Assembly (NCBI GenBank): GCA_951406725.2
Contig: OX597817.1
Span: forward strand, 92,194,001 to 92,258,000
DNA: 64,000 nucleotides
Direction of reading: 5' to 3'
Source: Octopus vulgaris
Lineage: Eukaryota
Shown here: positions 53,911-64,000 of the stretch, in pieces
Numbering within the stretch: position 1 is the first letter of the stretch
Layout: each line of letters begins with the position of its first letter
Notes under the pieces: model-generated
What the model saw: only the letters and a program-made list of their open reading frames with translations
Told to the model about the DNA's origin: nothing
The model's database searches: none
Translations under genes and position numbers: made by a program

Positions 53911-54189
53911 CATACATATATAGTGGGGAGAGTGGGTTCTTTATTTAAATTTCATAAGACATTTTAACTTAATTTTCTGACAATAGTAATTTCTCTCACC
54001 TCATATTTTAAGATGGGTCTGACTATGATATGAGTATTCCTTAATTTTGTTTTATATTCTCTCAGAATTTCCTTTTCCTGCAGAATTGGTTAGTTTCCAC
54101 AAGTTACCCTTCTCAGACCACTTTTCTTTAGTCGCGGTATTGTTAACTTTCTCTCCTTTCTATAGCATACTGATTCCACTAAAGTTTCA

Positions 54190-57100
54190 TTGAATAATAA
54201 TAATAGTAGTAATAATAATAATAATCCTTTTGTTATTGGCCACAAAGGCCAAACACAAAAACATATTGGGAAAAAACAAAACAAAGGACAAGTGGGGTTT
54301 AAAACAGAAAACATGTAAACAATAAAATACAAACAGTTAACAAAAATCTAACAACAAAATTCCCCAACAGGGGTGGGCCAACCAGGTCACCCCAACTGCC
54401 AAGGGCTCACCGGATAGGCACCTCTCTTCCCCTCAAATGCTTCGGTTTACAGACAAATATTCAGAGTAGACCCATTCACTTGAGCCATTTTCACAACAGT
54501 CTCTCACTTTTTACCAAAATTACTGGGGTGCAGTACTTCCCTCTCTACCTTCACTTTTCAAGTGGAACTTGAAAAGTCAATGAGGACTCAGACGAAGAGG
54601 AAAGTGTTTGTCTTCAGTCTTTTCAACCTTGTCCACCACACTACCTCTTTCACTATAGCCACCAGGCAGATGAAAACTGCCTTTCCCTCCTGGCAGGGCG
54701 ATCCTCACAGTGGACTCGGCTGATAACTGGATCTGTCCTACACATGACAACAGTTATTTGACAAAACTCCACAAGTCAGTAATGCACGGACACTGGATGA
54801 GTGCATGCAGGACAGTTTCGTCACCCTACATACACCTTAGACAGGTCCATCTGACAGCACTTTCGTGTCTGTAGAGCATGTCTCAGACCAGCAGAGCTCC
54901 CCAGTAGCACTGTCAGGCCAGGGATTTCTGGAAGTTATCCATAGGCCCTGGCCCAAAAGTCCTCCCAAAAAGCCTATTAGTTGATCCCTCCTGACACCCA
55001 GAGTTTGCCCAAGTATTGTTGTCATTCGTTCCCTTCACTAATCTCCTATAGAATTCCATAGTGGAACTTCGACCAACTGCATAGACTGGTAGAAAGCTAT
55101 GAGTGCTTGCCGACACTCCAAGTGCAAAGTGCCCTTTCTTGGTCTACACTTGACCTAGAACTGTAGTTCTATCAATAAGTCGAGCTGCAAAAAGTCCCAT
55201 TTGACAAAAGGCAACCACACCTGCTCACCATTAAGGAAATGCTGGAGATGTCACTACCTCAGCACATGTCTACACATCATTAGCTATGGCATGCCCAGTC
55301 CTCCACTCAGTGTATGTTGACAGCAGATGGACCGTCTGACAAGCAGAACATGCCTCTTCCATAGAAAGTGGAAGAGCAAGTGCTCCAACTTTATCAGATA
55401 CGAAGTGCTCCAACTTTATCAGGTACGAAGTGCTCCAACTTTATCAGGGGCAAGGGACAATGGTCAGGCAGTAATAGATGATGGAAGTGATGAACACATT
55501 TACCACCTCTGCCCAACCCTTCAGGGACTGCTTCCTCTCTATCCATTTCTGGGTGAGATTGGTTACCCTGTTCACCACCTCCCCCCAGTTCTTTTCCACC
55601 TGGATGTCTGGACCAAACCAGATCCCAAGCAGTTTAACTGGTCCTTCCATCCAGCGCCCTACAACGAAGTTGGTTAACATGGACCTGCCTCTCCAGGTGC
55701 CAAGCTGCAGGCCACCCAACTTTTTCCTGGTTGATTTTTTTTCTCCCGTTACCACTTCATATTCCCTAACAGCAGTACCAACCACCTTGATTTCCAAGAT
55801 GTCCAACACTATTACAGTAATGTAGTCCACGTAAGCCAACACGAAACTACCGCATCCTAGATCATGTGGGATGCCCATCAAAACATTCAGCTTCTGCAGC
55901 AATGGCTTAAGAGCCAGTACATCCAGGAGAGGTGAGAGTGGGAATCTTTGATGGACTGCACAAGCGATGCTAATCAATTCCAATTGGTGGCCATTTACTT
56001 TAACCACTGAACAGATGCTATTGTACCTTGCAACCTCAGAAAATGGGACCGAAACCAACTGCAGAGTTATAGGCCAAAAATTATCAATTTTGTTCCCTTC
56101 CTCAACAGCATCACCACTCCATGGCTCTCAGCATTGGGTATTCTGCTGTTCTGCTGCCATTTGTGTTATACGTCTGCCAAGAGACCACCAAACAAGTCTG
56201 GCATATGAAAATAAAGCTTGAAGGGCAAACCATACCGCCTCAGAGACTTCTGTCTTGCGCAACTCATCATCATGCCCCATATATCTTCGGCTATTATCGT
56301 CATTTTGCAGAACTCTGCATCCCTGGCTGAGAGACATGGTATGACACTGACATAGGTGAAATCCACCACTATCCCAGATTCCTCTAACACTGTTTCCTTG
56401 CTAAAACCTGCTGCCTATACTCTAATGGCCCTTTTCAGGGCTATCCACCATCTGTTGTTGACGATTGCATCTGCCGACTTCCGATGGACTAACTTGCTAA
56501 CCCAGTCGCTGAAAGCCTTGTGCACCAGGTAGGACTCATTCAGCTTCCTGTATCAGGGGCCCTTCCCTGTCTGGATCCTATCTGTGTTGACTATACAGAT
56601 CACAAATTTATGGTCCATGTAGCTGATAACATTGAAATGTGGACAACTTATACTACTTTTATCTACAGGCCTACAAAATACTCTAGACACAATCTGGAAA
56701 ACCCAATGCAATTCGCCTATGTCCACATTGGCACATTCAAGAAATCAGCTAACTGGAAGCAACTGAGCAGGTTTGTGAAGCTTTTACTCCCACTCTCTTA
56801 TCAGCTAGTCCCACCCTATCTAGGCTTGTGTGCAAGATGGTGTTCCAGTCACCCACTAACATTAAAGAGAAATGCCTAGCCAAAGATAAACCTCTGTACC
56901 TGACTTTCATTGACATGAAGAAAGCTTAACTGGTGATCAATGAGGAAACTAGGGATAGATGAATGATTGGTGAGAACTGTGCAAGCCACGTACAAGGATG
57001 CTGTCAGTAAGGTGAGGGTTGGCAACAAGTACGGTGAAAAATTTTGAGTACGGGCAGGGGTCCACCAAGGATCAGTCCTCAACCCCCTCTCATTCATCAT

Positions 57101-59450
57101 AGTCCTCCAGACAATAACAGAGGAATTCAAGTCAGGATGCCCCTGGGAGATCCTCTATGCTGATGACCTTACTGTAATTGCTGAGTCACTATCAGAACTA
57201 GAGGAAAAGTTTCAGGTGTGGAAGCAAGGATTAGAATTGAAGGGCCTTAGAGTCAACCTAGCTAAAACCAAAGTCTTAATAAGAGTAGGAAGGCAGACAA
57301 ACCATAAATCCTTTCAGGTAGATGACTCTACTCGATCTGTAGAAAAGGTGTAGCTAGAAACTCCATAAGATGTACCCAGTGTAAGATATGGACACATAAG
57401 CGGTGCTGCAATATCAAAGGAAGGTTAACTGGGAAGATAGTTTTTGTATGTGGGAAATGCTCAGGTGCTATAAACACTGAAAATGTGCAGAGAACAGTCT
57501 GTTACCTAGGGGACCAAGTCAGTAACAAAGTGGATGCTCTGAAAGTGTGGCTGCTAGAATAAGAATAGCCTGGGCAAAGTTCAGAGAGCTCCTAACTCTG
57601 CTGGTGACAAAGGGCATCTCGCTCAGAATAAAAGGTAGACTGTATGATGCATGTGTATGAACAGCCATGTTACATGGCCATGACTGCTGAGGACATGCGT
57701 AAGCTTGCAAGGAATGAAGCCAGTATTCTCTGCTGGATGTGTAATGTCAGTGTGGATACACGACAGAGTGTAAGTGCCTTTAGAGAAAAGTTAGATTTAA
57801 GAAGCATCAAATGTGGTGTGCAAGAGAGATGACTGTGCTGGTATGGTCATGTGTTATGAATTAATGAGGACAACTGTGTGAAAAAGTGTCACACCTTAGC
57901 AGTTGAGGGAACTTGTGGAAGAGGTAGACCCAGGAAAACTTGGGATGAGGTAGTGAATCACTACCTTCGAATATTGGGCCTTACTGATGCAATGACAAGT
58001 GACTCAGACCTTTGGAGATAACCTGTGCTTGAGAAGACCCGACAAGCCAAGTGAGACCATAGCGCATGGCCTATGCCAGTGGGTGTAACCAGCCCACTGA
58101 ACACCCTTCATTCATTGGACAACAAACCTTTCTTGTGAAGACCTATTGAGGGAAGTGAAATCAAAATCGCTGACGTGACCGATGACAGTACCGCCTGATT
58201 GGCACTTGTGCTAGTGGAACATTAAAAGCACATACGAGCGTGATCGTTGCCAGGGCCACAGATTAGCTCCTGTGCCGGTGACACGTGAAAAGCACCATTC
58301 AAGTCTGATTGTTGCTAGCATTGCCTTACGGCCAGTGGCACGTGGAAAACAACATTCAAGCGTGGTCGTTACCAGTGCCGCCGGACTGACTCCCATGCAG
58401 GTAGCACATAAAAATACCTGAAAAGCACCATTTGAGCATGATTGTTACAAGTGTCGCCTTACCAGCACATGTGCTGGTGGCATATGAAAACCAACTTTCG
58501 AGTATGGTCGTTGCCAATGCCACCAGACTGGCTCCTGTGCAGGTAGCATGTAAAGATACCTTTTTGAGCGTGGTCATTGCCAGAACCACCTGACTGGCCC
58601 TCATGCCAGTGGCATTTAAAAGCACCTACTACACTCTCGGACTGGTTAGCATTAGGAAGGGCTGTAGAAACTTTGCCAGATCACATTGGTGCAGCCTCTG
58701 GCTCACCATTCCTCAGTCAAACCATCCAACCCATATCAGCATGGAAAGCGGATGTTAAATGATGATGATGTCCCAAGGAAACCACGAAACATCTGAAGAA
58801 ATCTGGCTGCCCCGCCCCCATGGGGACGTTAACAGCGACTAGTCTAAAGGCACTGCCTTCACTGTCGTTCATGTACAGAACCACCTATTTACCCTCCAGG
58901 TCCAGGAGGATCATCCAAATTTCAAGATCCAGGTCTTTCCTAAACAGCACTACTATTCTGAGCTGACTAAGAGATGCGTAGATCTCATAATTGTCAACAA
59001 TGGGTGCAAGATCGTATGTGTCGGAAATCCTGGTCTCACTGGCTCTTACCACATCCAAACCTTGCAACCTGAGGTCATTCAGCAAGTGACCTCACTTCCA
59101 GGGTGATCTCAGACCATGAATATTTGTGCAGCCAGCTCTGACAATCGCCAGGACAGCTTGAAAGGATTGAGGAAAAGAAAAAAGAAGGGTTACTTACCTT
59201 CCTGGAGCTGTTGGCAGTCCAGTGACCCAGGCTCTGGATCTTGTGGTTCCTCTGAGAAACCTGCTAAAAGCCTCTTCATGGTACAGACATTTGGCCTTCC
59301 CACATCATGCGGGAAGTCCCTCTGAATGTCTTTGTACTCTTTGAGGGTTGGCCAAATTAGCATTAAGTAATTCAGAACCCTGAAGGTACTGATGTCGTAA
59401 ATTACACCCTCTCTCTCAATCTCCTTGTTTGTGGCTATGAGAGCCATCAA
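54190..59450 (-). mobile_element. Decayed Tx1/L1-clade LINE (ORF1 remnant, APE endonuclease, RT, C-terminal region, (TAA)n tail) split by an RTE insertion
   Basis: APE motifs ASETR (59030 region), LVGDWN (56845-56860) and SYMDHKFV..KLNES; RT motifs SVVKVNG..PLSPLL..AYVDY (55444-56058); ET.LHALIQC; 3' end in a (TAA)n tract. Confidence 0.88.
56867..58770 (+). mobile_element. 5'-truncated RTE-clade LINE (RT domain, 3' UTR tandem repeats, (GAT)n tail) nested in the Tx1-like endonuclease domain
   Basis: EKCLAKDKPLYLTFIDMKKA, GVHQGSVLNPLSFIIV, LYADDL and RGRPRKTWDEVV; the Tx1 reading resumes on both sides. Confidence 0.92.
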
Positions 59451-60855
59451 ATTTTGTTGGCTCTCCTCGCATGTAATTGGGTGTTTCTATATTGGTGACT
59501 GTGAGCTTTCTTTTGGAGGCTACGTATACTTGTGAGTGCATTGGTGTTTTTGGTTGGGGTAGTGGTGATTGTGAGGATGGTGGTGCTGGTGTTATTTTTG
59601 CTGTATGTACATTTGATGTATATTATCATCATCATCATTTAACATCCATATTCCATGCTGGCAAGAATTGGCTGGTTCAACAGGATCTAATAAGCCAGAG
59701 AACTTAGTTGAACTCCAGTGTCTGCTTTGGCATAGTTTCCTCTGCTGGATGCCCTTCTTAATGCCAGTTACTTTACAAAGTGTACTGCATGCTTTTTGTA
59801 TCAGTACTAAGGAGATCGAGTAGCTACTAAGACAAGAGTGTGTATATAGTCCTGAAGGAGGTGGCTTTGTGCTGGGTGTTGAGAGGCTAAATTTTGATAG
59901 AAAGACAGGGAAAGGTGCCTTGCTGTAGAGGAGATACATGTCTACCTCTGCAGGAAAGGTGAAAAGCTGGTGGAGATGAAGTGTCAGGATTGGGTACAAG
60001 AAGGTAGATGAAAAGACATTGAAACACTCACATATGTACGATGGGATTCAGATTTTATGTACCAAATCCACTTGGAAGGCTATGATTGGGCTGTGGCTAT
60101 AGTAGAAGACACTCCCTCCTGGTGCCATGCAGTGGGATTGAATCCAAAACTATGTGGTTCGGAAGCAATGTTTTTACCACACAGCCATCCTTGCACCTAC
60201 TTTAATGTATTGAGTGATTAATATTTGAGTGTTTTTGTTTATAGTTAAACTTAAATGAAACAGTATGTGTGTATATATGCACACACATACACACATGCCC
60301 GCAACTGGAGATTCATATTACATGAGATTCAGTACCTCAAAGCAAAATTTGTTTCCATTTACACTACTTAGCAATTGATGCCATTGGTTTATATCTTGGT
60401 TCAGCAAATAAGAATTAAGTAAGGACCGGACTCTGATATAGATACTAGGGTTGATTTGATTGACCCTTGAAGCTAGTATCTTTGTATGGCCATGGTCATA
60501 CAGGGTTACTGACTGAGGAGGAGAAGAGTATATGTGTGTGTTATGTTTGTATGCATGAGTTCACAAACAAGTGGTCAATAAAATCTATATTAAGTTGAGT
60601 ATAAACCAGTATGCAGACTTCTCAAAATTTCTTACAGTGGTGCGCGCGTGTGTTTGTATGCACACACAGTTCATTCACTGGCAAAAGATTTGCTTTATTT
60701 TTAAATAAAAAACACTCTTTTCCTTCCCATAGAAATGGTATAATTTCAATAACTCAGTGTTTCCTGTTTTTCAGTTTAGCTTTTTCCTTTTTACATTGAA
60801 TTCAGGGTTATATGTGAAGTTAGTTCTGAATGCTATATGGTTTCCAAATGTTTAA

Positions 60856-61074
60856 CCCTTTAGTGTTCAGATTATTCTATCAAACATAATGCTTATTGAT
60901 TCCCATTGATTTGAATTAGTCATGCATTATCTCATATCTTCAAGATCTTGATGGTGTAATTACCTAATGTAGAATAACATTGTAGGGTAGGTGTGAGAGC
61001 CTGGATCTGGTCAGTTTGAACATAAAACAGATTAAATATTTTGGCCGGATATGGCCAGTTTAATTACTAAAGGG
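60856..61074. mobile_element. piggyBac-type MITE with TTAA TSD (second family)
   Basis: TTAA|CCCTTTAGT ... ACTAAAGGG|TTAA; degraded relatives near 11900-12005, 30450-30730 and 45995-46209. Confidence 0.88.
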
Positions 61075-61736
61075 TTAAACCTTTACCAGAATTCTTCTTT
61101 GTGAACTTACTGTGGAATTAAAACAGAATAGTTTTCACTCAGGGAAGCGAATCACAATCTAAAGGATATTTAATCTCAGTTGCTTACTATTTATTTGCAA
61201 CAAATTATTTTACCAGATGCTCAGGAAATTGGTCAATAACATGTAATAATTGCCTGTATGTAATTATAGAAGGCTGTGTTGTAGTTTGGAGAAACTGATG
61301 TCATCAGATAGTTGCACATTTAATAGAATTGCATTTTAGTGTAAATATATTTTCATGTCCAAAACTGTAAAGGTAGTGATTGAGATTTCTACACCATGTT
61401 TACACTCTATTAAGGAAAGTACCTAATCAGTGTTGTCCAGAAACCAGAGACAGGCATTTTAATTAAAGTAGTTTGTGTATGCATACTTGTTCGAGTACTT
61501 TATTGAAATTTTTAATTGATAAAAATTTGAGTGAATTTTATTACCCCATACTAGTGGCGAACAATATAAAAAAGTAATTTAGAATTGAAATTTGAAATGG
61601 AATCAAAATGAAATTATATAAACTAAAATAGCTTATTATTAATTTTTCTGATTTGTGGGTTTTTTTTTTATAATTTTACTTATTCCATCATCATCATCAT
61701 AAATGTTTTACATTCTTTCCCTCCCATGAAGTTGTA

Positions 61737-62991
61737 CAGGGGTTGGACAAAATAATGGAAACACCTAGCATTGTAATTTTGAAATAACTATAAAACCATC
61801 AAAAGCTTGTTTATTTTTATGTTTTTTTTTTTGTTTATTATTAGTGTTACTTAATGTGTTTTGCTAAAATTACTGTTTCTTTTCAGATATCATCAGAAAA
61901 AGGTACTTAAAATTCATCAAAATCATAGATCTGTCGGTCTTTCAAAGCGGTCAAATTGTTAGTGTTTATATACCAGGTACTAGCGTAACGAAAACAGCCA
62001 AAATGTTTGGTGTATCAAGAAGTACTGTCTTGAAAGTAATGACAGCTTTTGAGAAAGCGGGAAAAAACCTCCTCATTGAAACAAAACTTTCAGATAGGGT
62101 CCATCAGACTCTTACACGAATTATTAGAAAGGATCGCAAAAGTACAGCTCAAAAATTACTGCAGAGCTTCATGATCACCCCGAGAACCCAGTTTCCACAA
62201 AAACTGTTTGCCAGGAGCTGCACAAAGCCGGATTTCACGGGAGGGCTGCAATCAGAAAACCACTACTTTCAAAAACAAATGTTGCAAAGTGTTTAGAGTG
62301 GAGTAAAAACCTACAGAATTGGTCCCTAGAGCAGTGGAAGAATGTTATTTTTTCAGACCAGTCATTCTTTACCTTATTTCCAACCACCAGCCAAGTATAC
62401 ATGTGGAGACAGCCAAAAGAAGCATTTGATCCAGACTGCCTTTTTCCAACTGTTAAAGATGGAGGAGGATTTCTGATGATCTAGGGGTGGGGGCTTTATC
62501 TTGGAAATCCGCTGGCCCAATGGTTTCCCTTCATGGCAGAATTAATAGTCAAGACTATTTAACCATTTTATCTGATCAAATTCATCCTATAGTTGTGGAA
62601 GTGTTTCCGGAAGGAAACACAATCTTTCAAGATGATAATGCACCAATTGACACAGCTAAATTTGTTACTGAATGGCATGTGGAACATTCTAGTGAAGTTG
62701 AATATCTTACCTGGCCACCACAGTCCCCAGATTTCAATATTATTGAATATTTATGGTGCATTTTAGAGAAACAAGTAAGGAGCCGATATTCTCCACCATC
62801 ATTACTACAAGAACTGGAGACTGTTTTAGCAGAAGAATGGACAAAAATTCTTTTGGAAACAATTCGAACTTTGTACGAGTCCATACCTCGTAGAATTCAA
62901 GCTGTAATTATTGCCAAAGACGGTCATACCCCATATTGAAATAAATTTGTTTGAAATCTTAAGGTGTTTCTGTTATTTTGTCCAACCCCTG
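61737..62991 (+). mobile_element. Full-length but defective Tc1 (DD34E) transposon
   Basis: ~30-bp TIRs caggggttggacaaaataatggaaacacct / aggtgtttctgttattttgtccaacccctg with TA TSD; 1255 bp. Confidence 0.95.
61922..62939 (+). pseudogene. Tc1 transposase pseudogene
   Basis: HTH region (FGVSRSTV), WKNVIFSDQSFF, FQDDNAP and WPPQSPDFNIIEYLW; frameshifts and a stop split it into the listed ORFs. Confidence 0.92.
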
Positions 62992-64000
62992 TATGTTGGA
63001 GATACAACACTTTATGGCTCAACTCAGTCTTTCACCATAACTGAGGCCTTTGGTTCTCTCCCCACTTATGTTTTGTATTTTCTCCTCTGTGAACACTAAC
63101 ATGTAGATATCCATTCTTAGCTTTAGCCACTAACTTTACATGTTCGAACTAAATATCAACTTCACTTCTTGAATTTCTTATATTAGCATAATCTAAATGA
63201 TAATAATAATAATTTAATCCAACTTCGCAAGGAGGTCACTCATACACATCCATCATGTTTGTTAGTCGCTAAACATGACAGAGGTGTACAAGCAAGTTAC
63301 TTGCAAAGTTGAATTAAATCTGTGATCATTGGCAAACAAGATTTAAGAAGCAGCAAAAATATGAAAGGAAATTGGTCCCTAATGTAAATCAGATCAGGAT
63401 ACCAAAATATTTCTCTCGTATATGAAATACAGGTGTTGTTTGGCATGTTGTCACAGAAAAACAAATGTGTGATAATATAAACAACATACGGTGATGCAAC
63501 TTGCCTATACATGAATTGAAGCAATATGTGAGAATGCGGTGTCGCTACAAAAAAAATCACTGTAAGTACAAATAATAATCGTATATGCAATCCCATCTCT
63601 ACACAAATACACATAAATGTAATGTTTTTATAATTCAAACATACACCCATACATCTCGTACATGAACAAGAAAATGTAGAGCATACAGTGTTTAAACAAA
63701 TTATGAGACATAATAATAACAATAAATATAAAATGTAACGCATCTCATTTTAAATAGAGAAAAAACCTCAGATATTCTTGGAAACAAAATTTCAAAAACA
63801 AATAAAGGCTAATTTCTATCTATGAGCTCGAGGTGCTTAAGATACAAAAACAAAAATAGCATACAACAAGAGATGTTAATTGGCAGAAAAGTTACCTTGA
63901 AATGACTAGTAAAGGAACTAAAAATTAGTTGGGAATGATCCCTGGATTACCACTCATGCAAGGAGCGCAAAAGATAGTATTAAGTGTTAACTGCAAACGT

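Noticed and set aside
58190-58640. Repeat-spacer-like periodicity suggesting a CRISPR array
   Set aside because: The whole unit is homologous and degenerate, it sits in a LINE 3' UTR, the context is eukaryotic and there are no cas genes.
63200-64000. Possible LINE 3' end on the minus strand and the 148-aa ORF 63297-63743
   Set aside because: Only a weak YYLLRSLHEW resemblance to LINE C-termini at the window edge; the hydrophobic ORF is explained by base composition.

Overview
AT-rich, repeat-dense eukaryotic DNA, not prokaryotic. The SINE, RTE and microsatellite content looks like a coleoid cephalopod (Octopus-like); this is inferred. One host coding exon is recognisable: the first coding exon (+ strand, ATG 27398, splice donor after 27680) of a HECW1/HECW2 (NEDL)-type HECT E3 ubiquitin ligase. 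It has candidate non-coding upstream exons, and no further exon was recognised in the following 36 kb. The rest is largely decayed and often nested transposons: mariner, Tc1, Tigger/pogo, Mutator, hAT and TTAA-type MITEs, Helitrons and HINE-like elements, a solo LTR, RTE, Tx1/L1, R4/Dong-like and Penelope retroelements, and at least two tRNA-derived SINE families. Notable structure not explained by the ORF track: (1) three minus-strand type I hammerhead ribozyme folds, one with a fully canonical core (8479-8562), two with unusually long stem II inserts, and one inside a Penelope-like element; (2) a ~320-bp palindrome built from two back-to-back tRNA-like cassettes; (3) SINE tails matching two different partner LINEs in the same window. 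Most ORFs in the supplied track are microsatellite or TE artefacts. All calls were made by eye; no database search or folding program was run.
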